A DNA stretch of 64,000 bases from Heteronotia binoei (GCF_032191835.1 NC_083224.1:163680001-163744000); one strand, 5' to 3'; numbered from the stretch's first letter, positions 13,389 to 26,307 are shown. A program made the numbers and translations. Notes: generated from the sequence alone by a model not told the origin.

Positions 13389-14660
13389 TAGAGGTGTTGA
13401 ACTTATTTGTTATGAGGGTCATTTCTGACATAAATGTAACTTTGTTGGGCTGGGTCATGCATACCACAAAATGTAACATGAAGTATCCGAGATATAAACT
13501 TTATAAAGGTGATTTCAGATGTCGAATAGCAATAGCAGATGAATGACAATAGCAGGCTTGATTGGATTAGGTGTGATATGCAAAGGGATAGCAGACACGG
13601 AGATACCAATGTTGGTAATGAGACAATAAAACTAAGAATAAATGGACAGAAGTCTGATATTAGAAAGCACAACATTCAGTTGCTGACAGAGTAGAAGTGC
13701 TCTTACAAATGAATTTCAAAGGGAGATTAGAAAGAAAGACTGCTGAACTGCAACTGGTAGTGAAGCTCAAGGCAATGAATCCTCCTGGACTAAATGGAGA
13801 GTTAGTTTTCCTGTCTCGTTACCAATGTGTGCTATCATCATTTGGCATCTGAAACCACTCCACTCTCTAAGATAGAAGGCCCAATTCAAATGTTCTAATT
13901 CCTAATCAGGGTCCAAACAGAAAAACCCAATCTTTTTAAAACAACTTTTCAGAACAAACCAAAATAATTTCCTCAATGTACACTGTGCTTGTCAGGAGAA
14001 TCCATCCACCCTCCCTCCCTTCAAAGAAGTGTGCTTACACACAATAACTTATACTTGGAATAAAACACTGTTGGACATGAAGCTTCCTGGGAACTCCGAA
14101 TTTGTTTTCTCTCTTCCTCTTTCCTCCCTATCACACAGAAGGGGACCTGGAAGGGCCTTCTACTGGCTGCCACCACTCTTGTGAGGGTCTGTCTGGGAGC
14201 ACCCAGAGCACCCTGTGTCTTTCTTTTTAGCAAATACCTTTCAACTGTGAGGACTCAGGCAGTACAACAATAACAAGTTTTTTGCAAGTGCTCAAAACAA
14301 CAAGTAGGATTAATTATTAGTGCAACAGTAAAAGATAGAAACAGTAAAGGTGATGCACAGAAAATAACAGCCCTGACGCAACTAACTAAATGTTCCTTTC
14401 CTCTAAAGCCAAAGACTCACCACCCCTTCGGTGAGGATCTCTTTCAACTGCAACCTCACTCCAGCTCAGCCTTTCCAAAGAAAACACTTACCTGTCTCTA
14501 GCTTGGCCTTTTATTTTTTTCTCCCTGGGCTAATTTTCCCTCCAAAACTGCTGCCCACCTAATCAGAGAGACAGAAGGGATCTTGGGATACAGACTTCTC
14601 TAGAGCCTGTAGGCCTCATTAGGCCTAGAATCAATCCACTCCCCCTGTTTGACACCCCTG
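13389..14660. mobile_element. Second copy of the hAT/Penelope composite (right end uncertain)
   Basis: Left end tagaggtgttgaac. 13470-13870 is an inverted homolog of ~8570-9130 and includes NFKGRLERKTAELQLVVKLKAMNPPGLN. A matching TIR tgtttgacacccctg ends at 14660, but the TSD is poor. Confidence 0.55.
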
Positions 14661-16799
14661 CTCTACATTCTCTACACCAGTGGTAGTCACATTCACAATC
14701 CACATTGACAAAAAGAGTCATGTGATTACCACATGCCCCAGTTACCTCCCCAAATGTTTGTGTGTGTGTAAATAAATAAATGCCCTTTTAATTACCAGAA
14801 AAGGACATCTAAGGACCTAAGACTGTCTTTCCACTCTGCTAGCAGTTTTGATATGGGCTCTCATTTCACCATCTTATTCAATTACATACGCTGCTCCAGT
14901 CTCAAAACCCAACCCCTAAACCTGCACAACTTTGATATAGTAGTCATGAGCAAGTTGTGTTGCATTAAAACAACAAAAACAACACTTGAGCCCAGAGTAA
15001 CAATGAAGTTATTCTAAAGAAATTACTTTTCTGGAGCATAGTATCAGTGCCATATTAAGGAACAGTGTTCCTGTGCCACTGAGTATAACCATTCTAAATA
15101 CATAGCCATCCCTGTTAAGAATATCAACAGAATATCCTTTAATATATGTACAATATAATCAGGGATGTACTGCTAAAAATGCCTACACAAGTAGCAGTCA
15201 GAAAAGATGTTTCATTTTTTTCCCGCACAGCAATTCAGAGTCTGTGGTAAAACTGGCCGCTCCTTGTAGAAGCTAAATTGAAAGCCTTAGGTCCACTCCA
15301 AAGAACATTTAAAAGAAAGAACATGCATAAAATGAAGAATGTGCAGCAGGCATGTTAGCAAATTACCAAAGTCAGAAAGAGATCATCCAAAAAACAGTCT
15401 TTTTGCAACACACTACAACCACTGTCACAAGCCAATATCTCCTTGAAAAAGCCCCCCCAAAAAAGAAAAACAAATAAATGTGTTATCTTTTGCTTTACTG
15501 CTCAAAGACAGGAAGTCCTGCAACATAAGCAAAATCAAGGCATCATAATCTCTTCTTGGCCAACTAAGGTTTGGAAACTCCTACATACACTACACTAAGC
15601 TCTACAGGGCTCTTTGCAGCATGATCTATTCAAGATCCCAAAAAGAAGGTAAGAACAAAACAAAGCTTATAGGTGGAGACATCAAAATCATTATTTTGAG
15701 AATCTGAGCCTTTCCTCTTCAGTGTGAGCAGGAAAAAAGCAGTGTGGTTTCACAGCACAAGTATGCACACTTACCAGGCAAAAGGAACAACATACACATA
15801 GGCCTTCACTTACCCACAACTTTCTCAATATAGAGAAGTCAGCTTACTAGTACTTCATCTCTTGCCCTCCCCACCACCAAAGGTGCACTAGCAACAGCAA
15901 CTGTTATAATAGTAGATGACAAGTTCCACTAAAACAGAGCAATGTTTACCACTACACTGCAACCCATCTCCACAAGGATACTTCTGTTCGATGCAAAGGA
16001 CCACTGGGCATTCCCATCCTGATCTCTTCCTTTCATTCACAGACATCTGGACAAATTTCCCCTTCATACTCATTATTTCCTCCTCCTTACAATTTGCTCA
16101 CGTAAAGATACAACACAGGAGCAAGCTTATTACATCCAAACATCACAGTTACAAGTCCACTATAGTCTTCCAGAAACGTGTGTAGACAACTGCAGCCTCA
16201 ATCTCTCAGCTGGCTACTCACTGTTCCATTCTCTCTTTCATCTGCAGTCAATTATGAGACTGTTACTACATGTATCCCATCCTGGTCACTCTTGTATTCA
16301 TAACTAATTCTCCACAGTCCACTCTTCTGTGAATTCACTGGCACTCACTTCCAAATAAGCATGCATAAAAATGCAACCACAACAGGCAGGTTTTATGGGA
16401 TACATTCCTACAAGATGTAGTGGTGATGGTGTTTTAAAAAGATTTGTATGGAAACACTGATCAGTGTCTGCTAGTCATAACTCTACACTTTGAGACAGCA
16501 TACCAGTGGCCATTTGTCAGCAGCAGAACCAAGCAGTTGTCTTCAAGTTTGCCAAACCAGTCAGTGTTAAGCTGCTACATTATAGCAGCTTTAGGCCTCC
16601 TACTTGCTGCTTCTCCCCTGCAAAATATCCTCATTCGATTCCCATCTCAATATCTTCTTTTCAATCAAGACAGCATATCAAGACACCTTAAATTTATGAG
16701 AACAGGACAGTGAGGAAAAAGACTGCGGTGGAACTGCCCCTCTTCTCTATGTACAGAAAACAGGGGGGGGGGGGGAATCACTAATAGTTCTTTTAACTA

Positions 16800-16980
16800 G
16801 AATAAGATAAGATAAGATAAATTTATTTTTATATCCCGTCCTCTCCCGCCAATGGCGGGCTCAGGGGCGGCTCACAGACACGGAACACCGTGATATAAAT
16901 AAAATACAATATAAAACAAACAATTTTAAAATACAATTCAGTTACAAATTCAATCACATAGTTAATTAGATGGCTAAAAC
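16800..16980 (-). mobile_element. LINE (L2/CR1-clade) or SINE 3' tail
   Basis: (ataag)n tail followed by ttatttttatatcccgtcctctcccg...gggctcaggggcggct; CpGs are retained. Confidence 0.6.
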
Positions 16981-17867
16981 GGTGCTATAAAGTGAATAGA
17001 GATACTGACTCCCTGGTGCACAGAAAGCTACATTCACAATTACCATAAATTAAAAGAGCAATGTTACTTCCATGCCTGGCATAAGGCCTGCACTTTAGGA
17101 AGGATCACAGCTTAGCCATGCTTGCACCAACAGCTGTTTCAATGTGGGAACTACCTGTCAATCACAAGCCCACAAAGAAAATGCCTTGCTCTATGTTTTG
17201 AAATACAGGGCAGGTATCACATTGGGACACCTCAAAACAGGCCTCACTAAGTGTTTATGAAAAATGAAAAAAATGGACAAGGGGTTTTCTTTCTTTCTCT
17301 CCCATAATAGTGACTACTCAGCAAAGCCAACATATAATAGATTTGGAACAAGCAAAAGGAAGTGTTTCTTCATTTAACGAGAACTTTTTTTTCTGGTATT
17401 CACAGCCAATGCATGCGCATGATAGCCACAAGCACAGATAATTTTTTTTTAAAAAGATTTGATTGATGGAGCATGCATGGGTCCATTCATAGCCACTAAC
17501 CACGACAACTAGAGGAAATTTCCCTGGGTAATAACCTTCTAAGCACCAGCAAACAGCATCAAGCCAGAAGCCTCGACCTCTTATGCCCCATCCACTGGCT
17601 CTTCCACAGCTACTAGTTGAAGCAGGATGCTGGACTGTAGGTCCGATGCAACAGGGCACTTCTTATGAAGTTTGGGGACTTGCCTGTCAGCCACTCCCAC
17701 TTTATCCTTGCAACAGTCTGACACCCAAGCCAGGAGTGGGACTTGACTAAACAGGAATCGGAACCCAGATCTCTGCTGCACACGTCGGTCCTTCTGTCGA
17801 CGTCCTCCCCTTACCCCAACACACTCCTTTTAGGAAGCCCTTTCCACCCCCCTCCCCTCCACACTCA

Positions 17868-18263
<396 letters not shown>

Positions 18264-18579
18264 TCACGCCTGAGCTCAAGCCAGCCGCCGGCCCCTCCCA
18301 CTGCCACTCTCCCCCACCCCACCCCGCTCCATGGGAAAAGCCTACAAAGCTTCCTGGTTCAGCAGCATGGCCCCGCTCACAATCCTCGAGAGCGGGCGGC
18401 GCCGATGATGATTGGCAATTCAGCGAGCCCTTCGTGGCGACGCGGAAAGAAGGGGGTGCGGCCTGAACAAAAAAAATAGACAGGGAATGGCATAGACGGC
18501 CTCGGATGGCAGGGGTCCTAGGCAGCGCCGCGATCCTCCTAGAGGGGGCGGGGCTTGAGTCGGCTTCCTCGAGCTGCTG

Positions 18580-18629
18580 ATGGCCCTGAGAAGGCTGCGG
18601 AGGCTGAGGGCGGCTGTTCCTTGGCTCAG
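18580..18629 (+). CDS. GLRX2: Glutaredoxin-2 exon 1 (mitochondrial targeting peptide)
   Basis: MALRRLRRLRAAVPWL(R): Arg-rich, no acidic residues. Donor CAG|gtcggt is phase 2, matching exon 2. An alternative in-frame donor exists at 18776. Confidence 0.72.
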
Positions 18630-18995
18630 GTCGGTGGAGAGGTATTTCGATTCAGGCGCTTTGCCTGTATGTGCGCGTGTGTTTTACGGTAAAGGTCGGC
18701 GACTATTCGATGGTACAGACTATTCTTACGGCTTGGCGGACGTAGGCGCTCCGGTTTGTCATTTTCGGACGTTAAGGTAAAACTCGGGAAAGGGAGCTTT
18801 AGCGCTAGGTAACCACATTTAAGGTTATCCCGGGTGCATGTTTATTCGGAAGCGAGCCCCACTTCGTTCACTGGGAACGAAAACCAAACCTTCGTTCTTC
18901 CTTTGCAGAATTAGAGTGTGTAGAGCAAGGCGAGGGCAATCCTGTGCAGTGACTCCAGATTAAAGCATTGGAATTAATGGGTTTAGAGACTCGGG

Positions 18996-19584
18996 ATGGG
19001 GTGTCAAAAATGCAGTTCGGGGGCCGAATCAGGCCCCCGAGCAACTGGCTGTCATCTGCTTCCTTCTCTATATATCTTGCTTCCTTCTGCATCACAGCTT
19101 GCTTGACAGGACTTGCTAAATTGCACAGGACCTACAGAGCAAAACCTCTTATTTTCTCCATTGACTGAGGCTCTTTCCTTTGGGAGGAAGGGGGGGGGGA
19201 GGGAGAGCTTGCTTCGCCAGGCTCTCTCAATGGCACAACAGAGCCACTGAGCCAAGCCTTTCTTCCTTCTATTGGCTGAAGGCCCCTCTCCCCCCCCCCC
19301 CCCCCCCAGTCTCCTGGGGAAGGAAGGAAAGAGCCAGAGCTTCTTGTGCCCAGTTCCCTGGAGCCCGTCAGAGAAATACAAAGAAAGCATCTTTAATACC
19401 TATGAGTGCTAACATTTTAAGCATGTTTTAAGTTTTTAAATATATATATTTGTGTTTGACTGTGTTTTTTATAACATTTATATCTCTGCTACCTAATCGT
19501 AAATAGGTACACACATGGCCTGGCCCAACAAGGTCTCATTTATGTCAGATCCATCCCTCATAACAAATGAGTTCGACAACCCTG
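18996..19584. mobile_element. ~600-bp hAT MITE (CAGGGGTGTCAAAC family)
   Basis: Reverse-complement homolog of the copies at 57535 and 58378 along its full length. Confidence 0.85.
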
Positions 19585-20262
19585 GACTAAATCTACATAC
19601 GATTGCACTGGAGTCGAGTTAGCGCTGGAACTTTTATGTGTTGACAGCTCAGTCTTTCTGAGCATCTCAAGAGGACTTTCCCCACTCCAGTCAATCATGT
19701 CAGCTTCTACTGAACTAATTCGGGTTTACAGGAAAGTAAGCCGTGGAATGTTGGAACTGCTTCATATGCTACATTTGCCCTTATCGGAGGAGAAAAAAAC
19801 ACAGTTCCATTAACATGTAATTATGAGCCATCCATACAGTGACTGGGTGTTTCTCAAGGGCGGTCATCATTGCTGTCTGGAGGGAAGCCTAGTAGTAAGA
19901 CAGGAAAACCACTGGGATCAGTAATTGTGAGTCAGATGCGGGTGAGAATCATGGATTAATATCTAAAGACACTCAGGTTAGTATCTAAAGAGATTAATAT
20001 CAAAATGTATTGCTTGCTTCTCAGTCAAGCCTTAACAAAGGGTAGAGCAGTGGTTCTCACTCTGCAGTTTGTGGAGAGCCAATATCACAATCTGTATACA
20101 TCAAGAGACACATGACTACTGTATGCCATGTGTGTCACCCCCACCAAACACATGCAATAATATAGCTATCAATACAATTTTAATAATAAAAATAAAATTG
20201 TAATCTTCTTGCTTGTCCACATGACTTTTGAACTTTAGCCATTCCATGTGTCTCTAGAGTGC

Positions 20263-20481
20263 AAGCCAGCTATGGTGTAGTGGTTAAGAGTGGCAGACTC
20301 TAACTTGGAGAACTGGGTTTGATTCCCTGCTCCTCCACATGCAGTCAGCTGGGTGACCTTGGGTCAGTCACAGTTATCTCAGAGCTCTCTCAGCCCCACC
20401 CATCTCACAGGGTGTCTGTCATGGGGAGAGGAAGGGAAGGAGATTGTAAGCCATAGTGAGACTCCTTCAGGTAGTGAAAAT
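20263..20481 (+). mobile_element. tRNA-derived squamate SINE (Squam3-like)
   Basis: A box tggtgtagtggttaag and B box gggtttgattccc; body gggtgaccttgggtcagtcac...ctcacagggtgtctg...gagactccttcaggtagtgaaaa. Confidence 0.8.
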
Positions 20482-21424
20482 CAACTTTTTTTCTTCCTGA
20501 AGGAAGGGCTTCCCTCTCCTCTTAATTTCTGCTCAAAATGGGAGCCAGGACTCCTGGAAGAGAGCATGCTGGTTGTGGGGAAGGGGGAGTGAAACCACCA
20601 CCCCACTGTAGCCAATTTACTATATCCATGTGTGGTTACTGCAGTGGTGATGATTTTACTGTTTTTCCTCTGCAGTCAGCTTGCTCTCCTACTGCCAAAT
20701 GCTTGGTTCTTGGTTGAGAGTGCAGAGGAGGGTGGAGAAGTTGCTGGAGTGGACAGCCCTTTCTTTCTACCCCTGGCACGAGGCTTGCAGTGTTTCCACC
20801 CTGCATTAATAGCTGTTTGAAGATGGAAACCATCTACTTACCACAATGGCTTTGCTTATTTTCCTTAAACAGAGGGCTGGTGCCACATCAGGGAATGGTG
20901 CTGAGAAGAGCCTTATGAGGCTCCTGAGTCACTAAGTGAATATCTCTATATTAAGAGTATTTGGTGAAGACTCTTTAATCATGTAGCAAAACAAAACACA
21001 GAGCTGAATGTTCTCAAAGTACAGATGGCAGTTCAGTAACTGACTTTAATATAAAATACACGGAAATTAACCAGGTTAGCCATCAATGTCAAGAACAGCT
21101 CAGTTACCATAAATGGGTTCATTGGATTTACAACATTTTTAACTTAACTGTTTAGATATAGTCTTAGCATTATGGTGTTATAATATCTTATGAGTTTAAA
21201 CCTAAACTGTTTGTATTGTACAAACGTTTGTATTTTAGTAATGCATTTAAGGTTGTAATTGTTGCATTATACCCCATATAACCCATTGGTCTGTTTATTG
21301 GACTGTTTTTATTTATGTCATTATTTTTTATGATATTGTGTTTAATCTTATATTGTGATGGCCAATGGCCACATACAATAAATCTTTTCTACTTTCTAAA
21401 GAACAGCTCAGAAATACAAATAAA

Positions 21425-21576
21425 TAGGGTTTTTTCCTAGGGAAATGTGGCGGAATGGAGTTCTGGAACTCTTTGTGGAAACAAAATTCTCAAAAAGTTT
21501 ATGAGGGGTACCCATGTATTTCTCCATCTCCCTCTTGAAAGTTCTGGCACCTCTTTTTCCAGGAAAAAAAGCCCTG
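21425..21576. mobile_element. 152-bp hAT MITE
   Basis: Ends tagggtttttt / aaaaaaagccctg; perfect 8-bp TSD caaataaa. Confidence 0.85.
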
Positions 21577-21670
21577 CAAATAAAAGTAAAATTAAATGAG
21601 GGTGGGTGGGAATGAAGTTACACCAGTAAAAAAAAAAAATCTGTCTTTCGATATACTTGTCTGCATAAAT

Positions 21671-21946
21671 CAGGAGTGGCCAAAATGTGACTCAGGAACC
21701 ACATATGGCTCTTTCACATAGATTGTGTGGCTCTCGAAGTCCCCCACCCTGCCAGCTAGCTTGAAGAAGGCATTTGTCTCTTTAAATCACTTTTCCAAGC
21801 CAGCCAGCAGCTTGGAGAAACCATTTAAAGTTGCTTTCCTATCATCTCTGGCTGGCTGTCCATCTCCATCTGCCTGCCTGCCTGCCTTCAAACATCTGAT
21901 GTTTATTCTATGTGGCTCTTAGGTTAAGCAAGTTTGGCCACGCCTG
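21671..21946. mobile_element. 276-bp hAT MITE
   Basis: TIR caggagtggccaaa / tttggccacgcctg (13/14); perfect 8-bp TSD gcataaat. Confidence 0.88.
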
Positions 21947-22696
21947 GCATAAATGTTTGTATCTTACTGTCTTTTTAAAAAATATGTTTGGTCAAAAAGG
22001 TCAAGTTGCCAAATTTGACAAAGACAGCCCAAGACTGCAGGGCACTCAACTGTTTTTCTAGCAAAGCTGGTTATGTGCACACTAGCTGCATCTAGAACTA
22101 ATTCTGTGTGTTTTGAAGGGTTTTATTGAGTTGTTTTATTGTATCAGTTTGAACTTTTAAGTTTTTCTGTTAGCTGTCCTGCCTCAAGCAGATCTCTGAA
22201 GAGGTGATATATACATTTTTAATTAAAGCAATTTCTGGACTAGAATTTAACTATAGTTTTAATTGTATTAACCAGACACTGTTACAGAGGTTGTGAATAG
22301 TCATTATGATTACCTTGTTCTTCTGAATTTTCCAGAGAAATGTCCCCAGAAGGTATTTCCTATTTGATGGCATTTTAGTCCCACTGTTCATAATTTTTAC
22401 TACTCTTCTTTCATGTGTAAATCTGTATCTGCTGACACAGTTCTTGCATCTGCTGAAATGGGCTCTAACCATGAAAATGCTTTAATGTTTTTTTTTAAAG
22501 TTGGTACAAAACCCCTTTTTTATTTTGCTCAGTATGGCTAATTCCAGAAAAGTAATTGTTTCAAGATCTCACAAGGGCTCAGACTGCCAATTTATTTTCA
22601 GTACTAGGGCTGAGTCCTGGAAGGGAAAAAAAAACACACACCACTGAGCATGGACACAGTGTTTTTACATCACCAGTCAATAAATGCAGTATTCAA

Positions 22697-22925
22697 GCCC
22701 TGACCTGCATGGCCCAGGAAGCCTGATCTCCTCAGATCTCAGAAACTAAGCAGGGTTGATTGCGGTTAGTACTTGGATGGGAGACTTCCTTGAAATACCC
22801 TGTCAAGAGAATAGGGGCAGGCTCTATTCAGCCACCTCTCTGAATATCCTCCAGACCCTCAGTAGGGGTCAGTCACCAGAGGTTGACATGACTTCGAAGC
22901 ACAGATGCTTGCATAGAAACACACA
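22697..22925 (+). mobile_element. 5S rRNA-derived SINE
   Basis: gcctgatctcctcagatctcagaaactaagcagggt...ggttagtacttggatgggagac matches the 5S internal control region (box A, IE, box C), followed by a non-5S tail. Confidence 0.75.
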
Positions 22926-23232
22926 AAAAATATACGAAAGAAAAAAATGCAATATTCTATTTCTCCAGCCACAGGAGTAGTTTGCCTCTGAGCACGGTCT
23001 TGGGCAGGATTGTCAAATAATTATTCACAGTAGTATTGGTAAGAAAAATGAACACTAGACTAATGCACACTTAATTGCTGTTTAGATATGTGCACAATTT
23101 GCTGATAGTTTATACACTTCCATAGCAAAGCAAGTGTTTTTCTAAACTGAAGTGCAGTCTGATCACTACATGTAATTCTGCAAAATAGTGTTGAAATATT
23201 TTAAAATTGCTTTTTTCCAAACTTTATTTTAG

Positions 23233-23296
23233 AATGGGGAACAGTACATCTGCTACAACAGACATATCTAATGTTGCCACTGCTAACCAAATACAG
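23233..23296 (+). CDS. GLRX2: Glutaredoxin-2 exon 2
   Basis: 64 nt, (R)MGNSTSATTDISNVATANQIQ, resembling the mammalian MGNSTSS...NQIQ segment. Acceptor tattttag, donor gtgagt. Confidence 0.9.
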
Positions 23297-23394
23297 GTGA
23301 GTAAAAATAGGCATTTGCATTTTCCATTAATTAAAATGACAGGACAGAAGAAAAAAATTATGAAAGATGCATCAGAGGTTATTCTCTAGTCTAG

Positions 23395-23710
23395 GTCACA
23401 CCAACATATGAGATTAACCAATTGGTGACCAGAGAGAGGATTTTTTCAGTGGTGGCTCAATGAACTGAATGCCTTCCTTCACATGAAATTACAAGTCAAC
23501 AGCTTTTATTTCTCAGTGATTTTAGCGGTTGAGCTATACCTTTGTTCTGTGCTGAATATTTAGTAATTGTTTACTGATATTATTTACTGAATACTTCCTG
23601 ATTTTCTAATAACATTTGATTTTCTTTTTACTTGTTTTATTGCTTGTTGCTATTACATTCAGTAGTTATATCGGTTTTTATTTGGATTTTATCCTAAGCT
23701 CTGTTACGGC
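23395..23710 (+). mobile_element. Degenerate L2 LINE 3' fragment
   Basis: gtgaccagagagaggattttttcagtggtggctc followed by a T-rich tail; resembles an L2 3' end. Confidence 0.5.
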
Positions 23711-24796
23711 AAATTTTAATGGGAAAGTGATCATAATTTTCTACATAAATAATAGTACATTCCTTATACTTCTCAAAGCCCATTGATTTCAGTAGATTGA
23801 GAAGAATATAACTCTGTTTAGGATGGTATTGTGAATAAATTAGCTGGGAGTAATCCTAAATGTTAGCAAAAGTATGCCTATTTTATTCAGAACTTGTACT
23901 ATTTTATGCAAACAGAAGATGCATGCCCTTCAAAAGATACAACACAAACATGCTTGTTAAGATTCCAGCTTATCCATTAAACATTTCAAGGAAACACAAT
24001 TCAACTTTTCCTGTGCAGCTGTTGGTTTTTCCCCCTAATACATAACATATTGGATCCCACCTAGATTTTGTCAAGTACATTTTTTGATGATTCCCACCTC
24101 CCCCAGCACCCCCATGTGGATCCAGGGGGTCGTATCCCACAATAATAGCTTGAGGGAAATCAGAGGTCTCTTTCATCAGGGGAATCTGCAGAAATTACCC
24201 ATTCTCCTTGCATATGTTGGCTTGAAGACATCCGTATTGCTCAATTAGAACTCCTACTTAAATTATGATTACATACCATAGTGCCAAAGAACACAGTCAA
24301 ATAGACGTTATGCTATGTTTGCACATTAAATATATATAAATTTGTAATGCCTTAACTTTCTCTATATTAGGCTTGGGACAGAGATTTTGAGGTTCTAAAG
24401 AGAGGACTGAGAATTTATTTTTGCAATTGATAACAGAGGCTATTCTCCCACAGTTGGGGAGAAGAGGTAACCCCGTTATTCTAGTAGTCAGTATCTATGA
24501 GGGTTAGAATAAAATACTTTAGTGAACATTTGAGGTTTTTTTAAAAAAAAATAACGTTGATAAAATTTATTCAAACATTTTAAATTTGTGTCAGGAAAAA
24601 TCAAAACTTAAACATTTAGTTTCAGTTCTAATAGCAACTATTTTAAGAAAGCAATCATAAGCAGGTTTACTTACAATCCTACTAAAGTCTATTCAGTTAG
24701 GATTACTCCCAGGAAAGCATTCTTAAGATTGTGCTGTCAGGTTTTTTTTACATCAGTAGAACATCAGTATTAGAACTCTTATTTAAACACACACAG

Positions 24797-24973
24797 GAAA
24801 CTATCTTGGACAATTGTGTAGTGATCTTCTCAAAAACAACCTGTTCCTATTGCAATGTGGCAAAAACGCTATTTCGGGATATGAACGTGAACTACAAAGC
24901 CGTAGAGCTAGACACATATGAAAACGGAAATCAATTTCAAGATGTTCTTCATCGAATGACTGGTGGCAGGACA
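24797..24973 (+). CDS. GLRX2: Glutaredoxin-2 exon 3 (CSYC active site)
   Basis: 177 nt, ETILDNCVVIFSKTTCSYCNVAKTLFRDMNVNYKAVELDTYENGNQFQDVLHRMTGGRT. Donor gtgagt. Confidence 0.96.
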
Positions 24974-25679
24974 GTGAGTACTTTCTTCCCAGTTTCATAG
25001 AAACATAGTTATCATAGAAACTGAAGTAGCTTTCGTAGACTAGTTCTCTTTAAAGCAAGTGGGGTTAACAAAGGCCATGTACTTCGAGTATCTGTATTCT
25101 TGAGGAGAGCTGTTTTCCCGTCGTTTATTACAAAGAGGTATCTAGACATCATATTTGTAGAAAAGGAATGAAGAGAATCAGGCAGATTTACAAGAGTTAG
25201 AGTTCTGGAGGAGGAATTCTGGGACATCTCCTTTTGTGAGGAGTTTTCAGTCTTTGTTCACAAGTTTATGCACAGTAAGCAGGTTAGAATTATTTATGTA
25301 TGCTATTTTGGACACATGATTTGAGTTATCTTGGTGCAGACTTTTGTAAATTTAATTCTGATTATGAAATATGAAACATCTGTTAGCACCAATTATTATT
25401 CAGTATTCTGATTGCAGTTAATCTGGAAAATGAGTTAGAACAGCTTGTCAAGCTGGTTGGACTCTAGTGCGGGATGTTGCTATTGGTTACTAAGGGAAAT
25501 CCTTGTCACCTTATCATTACCTTCCTGGCCTCCAAGCTGTAAAACTGTACATATGAGCTATTTTCCACTATAGATTTGAACAGGTATATGGAACAGTTCA
25601 GAATATGTTAACACTGTAGTAGAGATAATGTACATCATAGTCTTGCAAGAAATAACATCATTTTTAAAATCCTCAACAG

Positions 25680-25826
25680 GTTCCCCGAATATTTATCAAT
25701 GGAACTTTTGTTGGAGGGGCTACAGATACTCTGAGACTCCATCGCGAGGGGAAGCTGCTTCCTTTAGTGCACCAGTGTCAGATGCCAAGATCAGGAAACT
25801 TACAACAACCATGTAGCTTTCCTTAA
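25680..25826 (+). CDS. GLRX2: Glutaredoxin-2 exon 4 (last coding exon)
   Basis: 147 nt, VPRIFINGTFVGGATDTLRLHREGKLLPLVHQCQMPRSGNLQQPCSFP*, with the TVP and GG glutathione-binding motifs. TAA at 25824-25826. Confidence 0.95.
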   Translation, partial: VPRIFINGTFVGGATDTLRLHREGKLLPLVHQCQMPRSGNLQQPCSFP

Positions 25827-26301
25827 CCTTATTCTTGATTGCTTAGCATTTAGTCACTTTTTTTTTAACACCAAGGATATGTGCATATCAAGTAAATAAG
25901 TGTTTTGGCAACTTGAGAAAAACAGGTAATGAGTGGTTTAGAGAGCATCTTTCTTCTAATCTTCAAGTTGTCCTGTAATTGCAGGTTTCATTTTGGTATT
26001 TCATCCTAGTTCTTTACATGGTGCTAGCATTTAATGAAGCATGGAATTATCTTGAAACATATAATAATTCTTTTAAAAAGCAGTATTTGGTAAGTGAATA
26101 TGAAGCTGATATATATATGTGAGCAACTGCTGGATTATAATTGTGGCCAGATTAGTTCTTAAGATTGTTTGCTGGGGATAAATGTACTCCCCGTAACAAG
26201 ATAAAACTACGCCAGAGCAAACATCTGGTTACATGAGCTACCCAAAAGTCTTACTCCAATGAGACACTAATGCAACAAAAAGGAAGAGAACTGACCACTA
26301 A

Positions 26302-26307
26302 AATAAA
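26302..26307 (+). terminator. Candidate GLRX2 polyadenylation signal
   Basis: First plus-strand AATAAA I noticed after the stop codon (~475 nt downstream); not confirmed. Confidence 0.35.

Noticed and set aside
14480-15820. Strong minus-strand donors (gtaagtg) near 14492, 15774 and 15813 in CDC73 intron 1
   Set aside because: I could not pair them with convincing acceptors; isolated donors are common in long introns.
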